A DNA stretch of 63,955 nt, from NCBI GenBank assembly GCA_044865955.1, contig JBIOTM010000152.1:1-63955 (forward strand), written 5' to 3'. A program made the position numbers and the translations under genes. The number at the start of each line of letters is the position of its first letter. The stretch's first letter is position 1. This DNA comes from Actinomycetota bacterium (GTDB lineage: Bacteria > Actinomycetota > UBA4738 > HRBIN12). Below, piece after piece: positions 22,449 to 30,159 of this stretch. The notes under the pieces are model-generated. The model made no database searches and was not told the DNA's origin. It worked only from the letters and a program-made list of their open reading frames with translations.

Positions 22449-22814
22449 ATGTCGAAGAAGCCGAGGCGAACGGGGCTGGTGGCAATGCTAGCCGTGGTAG
22501 CGATCGTCGCGACAGCGGCAATCGTCGCACAAGCTGGTAGTGATCCAGCCCAGCTCGAGTGTTCCGACCGGTACGCAGCGGTCGGAGAGGTCGAGCCAAG
22601 CAACGCCTACAAGACGCCGGCCGAGGCAGCCGCTGCCTTCGCAGCGGACATGGAAGCCGACGGCAAGCCGCTTCCTGTCGACGCTGAGCTGGTCGAACTT
22701 GCCGGCTCGGGTACGATGCGAATCGCTGCACGTGTCGATGGAAGAACTCAGATCATCCTGGAGCTGGCGCAGTCAGACAGCGGCTGGTCCGTTCAAGGAT
22801 TCACCGCGTGCTAA
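22449..22814 (+). CDS. Small secreted or membrane-anchored hypothetical protein (island-borne)
   Basis: ATG at 22449 directly after aggtgagg. N-terminal signal-like MSKKPRRTGLVAMLAVVAIVATAAIVAQAGS. No known domain recognised. Confidence 0.5.
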   Translation: MSKKPRRTGLVAMLAVVAIVATAAIVAQAGSDPAQLECSDRYAAVGEVEPSNAYKTPAEAAAAFAADMEADGKPLPVDAELVELAGSGTMRIAARVDGRTQIILELAQSDSGWSVQGFTAC

Positions 22815-23212
22815 GAGTCTCTCGGAAATCGGGCGCTGTCGCAGTCATTCTGATGCTGTCGACGAGCACTGGAAGCTCATACCGCCGCCGACTGGATGAC
22901 CTAGCGGGATCAGCTGATGCCCGCTTCCCCTGGGATGCAGCATCGGACACTGATTATGGATTCAGTTCCGGGTCTACTTGGCCCAGGGGGTGGAAGAACG
23001 CGATACGTGCTGCGCATGGCCACTGGAACGACGCTCGAGGGTCTACTCTTTTCGTCGACTTGACTTCGGAGCGGTTTTTCGATGGCACCGACTGCTCGAA
23101 CAACTTCCACGGCGAGGAAATCGTTCGGCGCGTGATAGTTCTAGCGCTGATCGGGACTGTGCGGGACGACGACCTTTCTCCATCACCACGACGACCTGCT
23201 CATCCAAGCTGA
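22808..23212 (+). CDS. Hypothetical protein, possibly a truncated remnant (island-borne)
   Basis: GTG at 22808 overlaps the previous stop. Hydrophobic N-terminus. No catalytic motif found. The 3' end runs into the integrase remnant on the other strand. Confidence 0.3.
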   Translation: MLRVSRKSGAVAVILMLSTSTGSSYRRRLDDLAGSADARFPWDAASDTDYGFSSGSTWPRGWKNAIRAAHGHWNDARGSTLFVDLTSERFFDGTDCSNNFHGEEIVRRVIVLALIGTVRDDDLSPSPRRPAHPS

Positions 23213-23240
23213 GGTCAGAACCCCCTAACCTCATTCGGGG

Positions 23241-23709
23241 TCAGCTTGAGGTTGACCGGCTCCGAGAGGCGCAGGCCTTGTCGATGAAGGTGCGGATGAT
23301 TGCGGTGTCTCGACGCCGGTCTACGAAGTCTTGCCCGTCACACGCCTTGAGAAGGCGGACCAAGCTAGTCCACGGTGAGGACAGCCTGCGGCTTGGGGAT
23401 GCGGGGAGGATGGGGAACTGACCGACTCCCTCCATGGCCCACGCGAAGACCCGTGTGCCCGGTTCAAGTCCCTACAGCAGTTTCTTCCGCTTGCTGGTTG
23501 ACGCTGTGGTGGCCCGCCACTTGGTCAAGACGTCCTCCGGGTACGCCCTCGACGGGCTCTCGCGTAATCGCGTGGCCTGCGCCCGGCATGCCCCGCTCGA
23601 GCAGGAAGGCCTGGAGCGCTGGCACGCTACTAGGCAGGCCCTGGACCGTCCGGGGTGCTGCGTTCGTTGCCCTGAGTTGTCGCCGGAACGCTGCGACCAG
23701 GACGTCCAT
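23241..23709 (-). pseudogene. Tyrosine-recombinase (phage integrase family) pseudogene: N-terminal SAM-like domain plus start of the catalytic domain, frameshifted and truncated
   Basis: ATG at 23709 gives MDVLVAAFRRQLRATNAAPRTVQ......LQAFLLERG, then a stop. A second frame reads LVRLLKACDGQDFVDRRRDTAIIRTFID, and after a further shift GLRLSEPVNLKL. The R..HxxR..Y catalytic residues are absent. Confidence 0.7.
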
Positions 23710-23731
23710 CGTGGGTACACTCCAAGTAGTA

Positions 23732-23806
23732 CGGGCCGTGGCGCAGCTTGGTGAGCGCGTCTGACTGGGGGTCAGAAGGTCGCCGGTTCGAATCCGGCCG
23801 GCCCGA
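23732..23806 (+). tRNA. tRNA-Pro (anticodon GGG)
   Basis: Manual cloverleaf. Acceptor cgggccg/cggcccg, D stem gcgc/gcgc, anticodon stem tctga/tcaga with loop ctGGGgg (23767-23769), variable aggtc, T arm gccgg-ttcgaat-ccggc, discriminator A. CCA is not encoded. Confidence 0.93.
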
Positions 23807-23830
23807 CGGATGAGAGGCACCACGGAGACC

Positions 23831-24409
23831 ATGCCGGCGTCCTCGGCGGTCCTCACCGTCCCCAACGTCATCTCGTTCGCGCGCATCGCCTCGATCCCGG
23901 CGTTCTGCTGGCTCACGGCGCACGAGCCGACCCGACTGTGGGGGATCCTCCTGTTCGCGGTGGTCGTGTCGACCGACTGGGTGGATGGATACCTGGCCAG
24001 GCGGACCGGGCAGGTGAGCGAACTCGGCCGCATCCTCGATCCGGTCGCCGACCGGCTCGCCATCGCGGCCGCGCTGCTGACCTTCGCGATCGTGGGCATC
24101 TTCCCGTTCTGGGCCACCGTCCTGGTCCTGCTCCGAGACGTGGCGGTCCTGCTCGGAGGCGCCACCGTGCTGTGGGGCAGGGACCTCCGGATCGACGTCC
24201 GGTGGATCGGCAAGATCGCCACGTTCTCGCTGATGGCCGCCATCGCGTGGATCGCCTGGGGGAACGCGGGCGGTCCGCTCGGGGAGGTGTTGCTGGTCGG
24301 TGGCTGGCTCGCGTTCGTCGTCGGTATCGTCGAGTACTACATCGCCGCGGGTCTGTACGTGATCGACGTCCGCGATGCCCTCGAGGAACGGGGTGCCCTC
24401 GAGGACTGA
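23831..24409 (+). CDS. pgsA: CDP-alcohol phosphatidyltransferase (PgsA-like)
   Basis: VPNVISFARI and the DG..AR...G...D..D motif in STDWVDGYLARRTGQVSELGRILDPVADRL. ATG at 23831 follows acggag. The ORF is also open from ATG 23810, only 4 nt after the tRNA. Confidence 0.88.
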   Translation: MPASSAVLTVPNVISFARIASIPAFCWLTAHEPTRLWGILLFAVVVSTDWVDGYLARRTGQVSELGRILDPVADRLAIAAALLTFAIVGIFPFWATVLVLLRDVAVLLGGATVLWGRDLRIDVRWIGKIATFSLMAAIAWIAWGNAGGPLGEVLLVGGWLAFVVGIVEYYIAAGLYVIDVRDALEERGALED

Positions 24410-24495
24410 GACCCCCAAGGAGCTCGAGGAGCGAGCGGAGCGGAACGGTCAGACCGAACGGTGGGGTCCGAACAGCCGAGTCGAACGGAGGACGC

Positions 24496-24879
24496 GTGGA
24501 GTTCCCCCAGGATCTTCGCTATTCGAGAGAACACGAATGGGCTCGTGACGAGGGCGGCCGCGTGCGGGTGGGCATCACCGACTTCGCGCAGGACGCCCTC
24601 GGCGACGTCGTCTACGTGGATCTTCCCGAGGTCGGGACCCAGGTGACCGCGGGGCAGGCGTTCGGCGAGGTGGAGTCGACGAAGTCGGTCTCGGACGTCT
24701 ACGCGCCGGTGTCGGGGACGATCGTCGAGCGGAACGCCGCCCTCGAGCAGAAGCCGGAGCTCGTGAACGAAGAGCCCTACGGCCACGGCTGGCTCGTGTC
24801 CATCGAGGCGTCCGATCCCAGCGAGCTCGATCAGCTCCTCGACGACGGCGCGTACCAGCAGCACACCAAGACCGTCTGA
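24496..24879 (+). CDS. gcvH: Glycine cleavage system H protein
   Basis: GTG at 24496. YSREHEWAR, GITDFAQDALGDVVYVDLPEVG and the lipoyl-lysine motif EVESTKSVSDVYAPVSG. Confidence 0.95.
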   Translation: MEFPQDLRYSREHEWARDEGGRVRVGITDFAQDALGDVVYVDLPEVGTQVTAGQAFGEVESTKSVSDVYAPVSGTIVERNAALEQKPELVNEEPYGHGWLVSIEASDPSELDQLLDDGAYQQHTKTV

Positions 24880-24901
24880 GGTCGTCCCCACCAGAGGGGT
24901 T

Positions 24902-24940
24902 CCCTCGACCCTCGACCAATGGTCCAGCGCGGGTCGAGGG
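24902..24940 (+). terminator. Hairpin downstream of gcvH (candidate intrinsic terminator)
   Basis: ccctcgacc (24902-24910) pairs with ggtcgaggg (24932-24940), a 9-bp stem. No U-tract. The same ccctcgacc word recurs at 24909 and 25041. Confidence 0.4.
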
Positions 24941-25084
24941 TCACGGCTCGCGGGGGTGGAGGGTTGTGCCGAGCGGCGGTTGACCCTCCCGGGGCCCTGC
25001 GATAACGTCCACGACGCATCGAGGTCCACGGTTGTGCGAACCCTCGACCGTCGACCGGACCCCTGACGGGAGGGGAACCTGAAG

Positions 25085-25546
25085 GTGTTCTGTACGCGCT
25101 GCGGACATCCCAACCGGGACGATGCTCGTTTCTGCGCGAATTGCGGAGCTGCCCTTCAGGATGAGTCGACCGTCTCCCTCACGCCGATCGAAGGGGAAGA
25201 TGACGACAACGTCGAGTTCCCGTTCCCGGAGGATGAGCTCGAACCCGGTCAGGCTCTCCTTCTGGTGAAGCGAGGGCCGAACGCGGGGTCGACGTTCCTC
25301 CTCGATTCCGACTCGAGCACCGTGGGTCGGAACACGGCGAGCGACGTCTTCCTCGACGACATCACCGTCTCGCGCTCGCACGCGTTCTTCGATCGCCGGG
25401 CGGATCGAGCGTGGTTCGTCCGCGACGCCGGCAGCCTCAACGGGACCTACGTGAACGGCGAGCAGGTCGACGAGACCAAGCTGGCGACCGGGGATCAGGT
25501 GCAGATCGGGCGATTCAAGCTGACGTTCTTCCAGGCAGGGGAGTGA
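25085..25546 (+). CDS. FHA-domain protein with N-terminal zinc ribbon (GarA position in the mycobacterial-type locus)
   Basis: GTG start. CTRCGHPNRDDARFCANCG zinc ribbon. FHA core GRNTASDVFLDDITVSRSHAFF ... DAGSLNGTYVNG. Confidence 0.88.
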   Translation: MFCTRCGHPNRDDARFCANCGAALQDESTVSLTPIEGEDDDNVEFPFPEDELEPGQALLLVKRGPNAGSTFLLDSDSSTVGRNTASDVFLDDITVSRSHAFFDRRADRAWFVRDAGSLNGTYVNGEQVDETKLATGDQVQIGRFKLTFFQAGE

Positions 25547-25547
25547 G

Positions 25548-26276
25548 GTGCCGATGGCCGGGACGCGCAACTACCAATCGATCGGCGAGGTCCTCGTGTC
25601 CGTGAAGACCGAGTTCCCCGACATCACGATCTCGAAGATCCGCTTCCTCGAGGCGGAGGGCCTGATCGAACCGGAACGCACGCCGTCCGGCTATCGGAAG
25701 TTCTACGGCCACGACGTCGAGCGCCTGAAGTCGATCCTCCGGATGCAGCGCGACGAGTACTTGCCGCTCAAGGTGATCAAGGAGCGACTCCTCGAGCAGA
25801 GCGCCGGCGACGACGCCGACGTCCGTCCCGAGGGAGACGGGGATGGAGGCGACGGTTCGTCGGTCGTCGAGGAGATCGCCGAGGCTCCGACCGGTCTCCA
25901 GATGTCCCTGGAGGAGATGTCCACGGCGACCGGCATCGACCGGGACCGGATCAAGGAGCTCGAGGCGTTCGGCATCGTCCGGTCGCACGGGCCGGAGGGG
26001 GCGCGCTACTACGACGGCGACGACTTCATCGTCCTGTCGATCGTGAAGGACTTCTTCCGCTACGGCATCGAGGCCAGGCACCTCACGATGTACAAGCACT
26101 TCGCCGACCGCGAGTCCTCGTTCTTCGACCAGATCGTCGCCCCGACGTTGCGGCAGAAGAACCCGGACGCTCGCCGGACCGCCGCCCAGACGCTGGCCAA
26201 CCTCTCGGCCACCTCGCGGAAGTTCAAGCAGGCACTCCTCCGAACCAACCTCCGCGACCACCTCCGCAGCGCGTGA
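25548..26276 (+). CDS. MerR-family transcriptional regulator (Rv1828/FtsR-like)
   Basis: IGEVLVSVKTEFPDITISKIRFLEAEGLIEPERTPSGYRKFYGHDVERL. The C-terminal domain is conserved in this family. Synteny after the FHA gene. Confidence 0.85.
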   Translation: MPMAGTRNYQSIGEVLVSVKTEFPDITISKIRFLEAEGLIEPERTPSGYRKFYGHDVERLKSILRMQRDEYLPLKVIKERLLEQSAGDDADVRPEGDGDGGDGSSVVEEIAEAPTGLQMSLEEMSTATGIDRDRIKELEAFGIVRSHGPEGARYYDGDDFIVLSIVKDFFRYGIEARHLTMYKHFADRESSFFDQIVAPTLRQKNPDARRTAAQTLANLSATSRKFKQALLRTNLRDHLRSA

Positions 26277-27541
26277 GACGAGGCGCCGCTCGGGGCGCGT
26301 TCGCCCTCCTCCCCCTCCTCGTCCTCGCGGGGTCGACGGCCTTCGGGTCGGTCACCCCTCAGGGTGCTCCACCTCCGACCCCCGTGCCGCCGAACGGTTC
26401 GCCGTCGCCGTTCATCTCCCGGCTCAACACGCCGGCCGATCCGATCCCCGAGCCCGACGTCGAGGCTCCGGCCATCCTCCTGGCCGATCTGCGCACCGGG
26501 CAGGTCCTGGTGCAGGACGGAGCGCACCGAGCCCGTCCGATCGCCAGCCTGACCAAGCTCATGACGGCGTTCCTCGTGCTCGAGTCGGAGGCCGGCCGCC
26601 TCGATCGGATCGTCCGGGTCGATCCCGACGCGGTCTTCGAGCGTGACGAGTACGGCGGCGGATCGACGTTGGGGCTCCGCCCGGGCGAGCGGATCTCGGT
26701 GCGCGGCCTCCTCGCGGGGCTCCTGCTGGGTTCCGCCAACGATGCGGCGGAGGCGCTCGCGATCGAGGAGTCGGGGACCGTTCCGGCGTTCGTGCGCCGC
26801 ATGAACGCGAGGGCGAGGGAGCTGGGGATGCGCCAGACGCGATTCGCGTCCCCGCACGGTCTCGACGATCGAGGGCGTTCATCCGCGTCGGACGTCCTGA
26901 TCCTGGCACGGGCGGCCCTCGACATCGGCGCCTTCCGCGACCTCGTCGGTCGCAGGTTCGTCACGGTTCCCTCCGAGACGCAGCCCGACCGAACGATCCA
27001 GAACAGGAACGTCATGCTGTGGCTCTATCCGGGGTCGACCGGGGTGAAGACGGGCTCCACGGCGGGCGCCGGCTTCTGTCTGGTCGCGACGGCGGTCCGG
27101 GAGAACCGGGAGCTCGTCGTCGTCATCCTCGGAGGACGGGACGAGGTCTTCTCCGAAGCCGCGGCCCTGTTCAACCATGGCTTCGCGGCCTACGAGCCGC
27201 GCACCCTGGTCGAGGACCGGGCCCCGCTCGGGAGCGTGCGGGTGCGGGGCGGTGAGGTCCCCGTGGTGGCCGGGCGGGAGCTGGTGGCGCTCGTTCGCAG
27301 GTCCGACCGGGAGACGCCGGAACGGATCGTCGGCACGGCGGCCGGCGCCGCCTACCCCGTCCCCGCCGGCGCCGTGGTGGGGTGGCTCCGCATCGAGGCG
27401 TCCGGCGTCACCCTCGGACGAGTGCCGCTGCTCGCGGCCGACGTCGGACCCCCGGCGGCGCCGGCCGGCTCGTGGTGGGGGAGGACCGCCGGAGCCGTCG
27501 CGGCGGCGGTCGTCGCGGTGGTCGAGGGGCTGGTCGGGTAG
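26273..27541 (+). CDS. D-alanyl-D-alanine carboxypeptidase (peptidase S11, PBP5-like), secreted
   Basis: GTGA overlap with the MerR gene. Signal peptide, SxxK (IASLTKLMT), SGN-like LLLGSANDAA and KTGST. Confidence 0.88.
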   Translation: MRRGAARGAFALLPLLVLAGSTAFGSVTPQGAPPPTPVPPNGSPSPFISRLNTPADPIPEPDVEAPAILLADLRTGQVLVQDGAHRARPIASLTKLMTAFLVLESEAGRLDRIVRVDPDAVFERDEYGGGSTLGLRPGERISVRGLLAGLLLGSANDAAEALAIEESGTVPAFVRRMNARARELGMRQTRFASPHGLDDRGRSSASDVLILARAALDIGAFRDLVGRRFVTVPSETQPDRTIQNRNVMLWLYPGSTGVKTGSTAGAGFCLVATAVRENRELVVVILGGRDEVFSEAAALFNHGFAAYEPRTLVEDRAPLGSVRVRGGEVPVVAGRELVALVRRSDRETPERIVGTAAGAAYPVPAGAVVGWLRIEASGVTLGRVPLLAADVGPPAAPAGSWWGRTAGAVAAAVVAVVEGLVG

Positions 27542-27599
27542 AGCCGTCCGCCCGGCGGCCGCGGGTCGCACGGCGGGCTGCTGCTAGGCTCCCGGCCCG

Positions 27600-28178
27600 A
27601 TGACGGAGGTCGCGCGCGTGCTCTACGGGCGCGAGGACATCCGCCGCCGGGTGGAGGAGCTCGGCCGCACGATCGCCGGGGACTACGTGGGGCGGGAGCC
27701 CGTCCTGATCTCGGTGCTCAAGGGCGGCACGGTGTTCCTCGCGGACCTGATCCGGCAGATCCGGCTGCCGCTGGAGACCCACCTGATGGCCGTCACCCCC
27801 TACGGCGGCGCGGAGGAGTCGATGGGCAAGGTCCGGATCCTCCTCGACGTCGAGGTCGACCTGGCCGGCCGGGACGTCCTGCTCGTCGAGGACATCGTCG
27901 ACACCGGGCTCACCATCTCCTACCTCCTCTCGATCCTGCGGGCGCGAGCCCCCGCCACCCTCGAGGTCTGCGCGCTGCTCGATCGGTCGGTCCGCCGGAT
28001 CGTGCCGCTCCGGCCGCGCTACGTGGGGTTCGACTGCCCGGACACGTTCGTCGTCGGCTACGGGCTCGACTTCCAGGAGCGGTACCGGAACGTGGCCGAC
28101 ATCCTGGAGGTCCCCGACACAGCGGCGCTGTCGGCGGATCCCGGCGCCCTGCTGCCTCACCTGGCGGTGGCCGGGTAG
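27600..28178 (+). CDS. hpt: Hypoxanthine phosphoribosyltransferase
   Basis: LISVLKGGTVFLADL and the PRPP motif VLLVEDIVDTGLT, then FVVGYGLDFQERYRN. Confidence 0.93.
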   Translation: MTEVARVLYGREDIRRRVEELGRTIAGDYVGREPVLISVLKGGTVFLADLIRQIRLPLETHLMAVTPYGGAEESMGKVRILLDVEVDLAGRDVLLVEDIVDTGLTISYLLSILRARAPATLEVCALLDRSVRRIVPLRPRYVGFDCPDTFVVGYGLDFQERYRNVADILEVPDTAALSADPGALLPHLAVAG

Positions 28179-28220
28179 GTTGCGCACCGTCGCGCCCCAC
28201 CCGTACAGTGCCTGCACGCC

Positions 28221-28712
28221 ATGATCGAGATGCAGCTGGAAGGCGTCCGGGTCGAGCTTCCGACCAACCAGCCCATCGTGTTGCTCCGCGAGCGCGAGGG
28301 TGAGCGCTACCTCCCCATCTGGATCGGTGCGTCGGAGGCGGCGGCCATCGCGTTGTCGCTGCAGGGGGTGGTCACGCCGAGACCGATGACGCACGATCTG
28401 ATGAAGAACATCCTGGAGGACCTCTCGGTCGCGGTGGAGAAGATCGTGGTGACGGAGCTCCGCGACTCGACCTTCTACGCGACGATCGAGCTCCAGCGCA
28501 ACGGGGACCGTTACGAGGTGAGCTCCCGGCCGTCGGATGCGATCGCGCTCGCCGTCCGGCTGTCGGTGCCGATCTTCGCCAACGAGGATGTGCTCGACGA
28601 AGCGGCGATCCTGATCCCCGGCGAGGAAGAGGAAGAGGTCGAGAAGTTCCGCGAATTCCTCGACAACGTGACGCCGGAGGACTTCAACCCCGAGACGGGG
28701 GATCAGCCGTAG
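28221..28712 (+). CDS. Bifunctional nuclease (BFN / DUF151) family protein (Rv1829-like)
   Basis: IVLLREREGERYLPIWIGASEAAAIALSLQGV.TPRPMTHDLM ... TFYATIEL. Confidence 0.85.
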   Translation: MIEMQLEGVRVELPTNQPIVLLREREGERYLPIWIGASEAAAIALSLQGVVTPRPMTHDLMKNILEDLSVAVEKIVVTELRDSTFYATIELQRNGDRYEVSSRPSDAIALAVRLSVPIFANEDVLDEAAILIPGEEEEEVEKFREFLDNVTPEDFNPETGDQP

Positions 28713-29167
28713 AAGAAGACCGTCACCCAGAGGAGGCCGTCGCCGTCGCGGAACGTGCCGACCGCGACGCGGCGGAACCCTCGGTTGAGGATGTTCGCAC
28801 GATGGAGCGCCGAGTTCATGAAAGCCTGCTCGAGCTCCGCGACCGTGCCTCCGGTGACCCCCACGTTCTCACCCCACGTCGACCACCGGATGCCCTTGAG
28901 GTAGTAGGCGGCCGGGTTCGACGTGTGGAACAGGGATCCTTTGTTGGCCATGGCGACGCTGTGCCGGCGGGCCAGCTTCGACATCGCCAGCTGGATGTCC
29001 ACCGCGCGGACGGCATGGTTCAGCCGGCTGTGGTTGGTGGCGTGATACATCCGAGCGCGGGTCGTGAGGGTCGCCGCCTGCAGCGGCGACGGAGCGAGCG
29101 CGCTGAGGCCCGTGGCGAGGGCGACGACGAGGGCGAGCCTCGCGAAGGTGGTACGGATCCGTGTCAT
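28703..29167 (-). CDS. Secreted CAP/SCP-domain protein
   Basis: ATG at 29167 gives the signal peptide MTRIRTTFARLALVVALATGLSALA. C-terminal WGENVG....... AFMNSALHRANILNRGFRRVAVG is the CAP signature. The 3' end overlaps the convergent BFN gene by 10 nt. Confidence 0.8.
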   Translation of the reverse strand: MTRIRTTFARLALVVALATGLSALAPSPLQAATLTTRARMYHATNHSRLNHAVRAVDIQLAMSKLARRHSVAMANKGSLFHTSNPAAYYLKGIRWSTWGENVGVTGGTVAELEQAFMNSALHRANILNRGFRRVAVGTFRDGDGLLWVTVFFYG

Positions 29168-29270
29168 CGGGGGGCGTCCGCTCCGTCGGTCCTGTCGGCG
29201 GTGACCCCCTCCCATCGGCAGTCGCCCGGCCGAACTTGAGGCGGCCCGAACGGGGGAGGCCGGTATCCCG

Positions 29271-29299
29271 TTGACAGCGGCGCCGGGTGGACATACGCT
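29271..29299 (+). promoter_or_regulatory. Candidate promoter for the MerR-gcvP operon
   Basis: TTGACA (29271-29276), a 17-nt spacer and TACGCT (a TAnnnT-type -10). A perfect 12-bp palindrome ccgtaattacgg lies at 29312-29323, just before the ATG. Confidence 0.35.
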
Positions 29300-29330
29300 T
29301 CGGCGACATGGCCGTAATTACGGAGCTGTC

Positions 29331-29762
29331 ATGAGCGAAGAAGGCTACCGGGTCCCCGACGTCTGTCGGATCGTCGGCATCAGCTATCGGCAGCTCGACT
29401 ACTGGGCCCGGACCGAGCTCGTGATCCCGTCGATCCGCGATGCGCACGGCTCCGGCAGCCAGCGGTTGTACTCGTTCCAGGATCTGGTCTCGCTGCGGGT
29501 GATCAAGAAGCTGCTGGATACCGGCGTGTCGCTCCAGCGGGTCCGGAAGGCCGTGGAGCACCTGAAGTCGATGAAGCGGCCTCCCCACGGGGTGACGCTG
29601 ATGTCGGACGGTCACGGCGTCTACGAGGCGCATTCGCCGGAAGCCGTGATCGACCTCTTGCAGAAGGGGCAGGGCGTGTTCGCGATCGCCCTGGACCAGG
29701 TATGGAACGACCTGGAGGGGACCCTCTCGAAACGCAGACGGGTGGCCGCAGGAGGGTCGTGA
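29331..29762 (+). CDS. MerR-family transcriptional regulator (Rv1830-like)
   Basis: YRVPDVCRIVGISYRQLDYWARTELVIPS ... RLYSFQDLVSLRVIKKLLDTGVSLQRVRKAV. Confidence 0.85.
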   Translation: MSEEGYRVPDVCRIVGISYRQLDYWARTELVIPSIRDAHGSGSQRLYSFQDLVSLRVIKKLLDTGVSLQRVRKAVEHLKSMKRPPHGVTLMSDGHGVYEAHSPEAVIDLLQKGQGVFAIALDQVWNDLEGTLSKRRRVAAGGS

Positions 29763-30130
29763 GCGCGCGCGCCGAGACCCTCGAGTCTCTGCCGAAGAGC
29801 GACACCGTCCGTTTCGCCCACGCCTCCGAGCGCCAGTTCGCCCAGCTCCTCGACTTCTACGGCATCCCCTGGGAGTACGAGCCGACCTCCTTCGACATCG
29901 AATGGGACCGGGACGGCCACGTCGTCCGCCGGTTCACCCCGGACTTCTATCTGCCGGAGTTCGACCTCTACATCGAGATCACGACGCTCAACCAGAAGCT
30001 CGTCACGAGGAAGAACCGCAAGGTGCGGCAGCTCCGGGAGCGGTATCCGGAGATCCACTGCAAGGTCTTCTACCAGCGCGACTACCTCTCGTTGGTGACG
30101 AAGTACGGCCTGGAGGACCGCTCCGGCTGA
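29759..30130 (+). CDS. Conserved hypothetical protein with a PD-(D/E)xK / TnsA-N-like motif pattern
   Basis: GTGA overlap with the MerR gene. WEYEP ... RFTPDFYLPEFDLYIEITT ... K resembles the E / PDF / (D/E)xK layout of restriction-endonuclease-fold proteins, although the last element reads EIT. Confidence 0.5.
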   Translation: MSARAETLESLPKSDTVRFAHASERQFAQLLDFYGIPWEYEPTSFDIEWDRDGHVVRRFTPDFYLPEFDLYIEITTLNQKLVTRKNRKVRQLRERYPEIHCKVFYQRDYLSLVTKYGLEDRSG

Positions 30131-30159
30131 CCCCGCGTGACGCCCGTACACTGCCCGGC

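Larger units (their letters stand above)
21106..23731. mobile_element. Decayed integrative element / genomic islet inserted at tRNA-Pro
   Basis: Bounded by the tRNA-Pro 5'-half direct repeats. Visibly more AT-rich than the flanks (e.g. tcttgatttctacttgcacc near 22047). Contains an integrase pseudogene abutting the tRNA and only short, unrecognisable ORFs. Confidence 0.7.

Noticed and set aside
24410-24495. Glycine riboswitch upstream of gcvH (also looked for ahead of gcvPA at 30131-30159 and in 24880-25084)
   Set aside because: The intervals are too short or lack the conserved GGAGAG ... CACCGAAGGGGCAA ... CUCAGGC-type core by eye. An Infernal scan would be needed for certainty.
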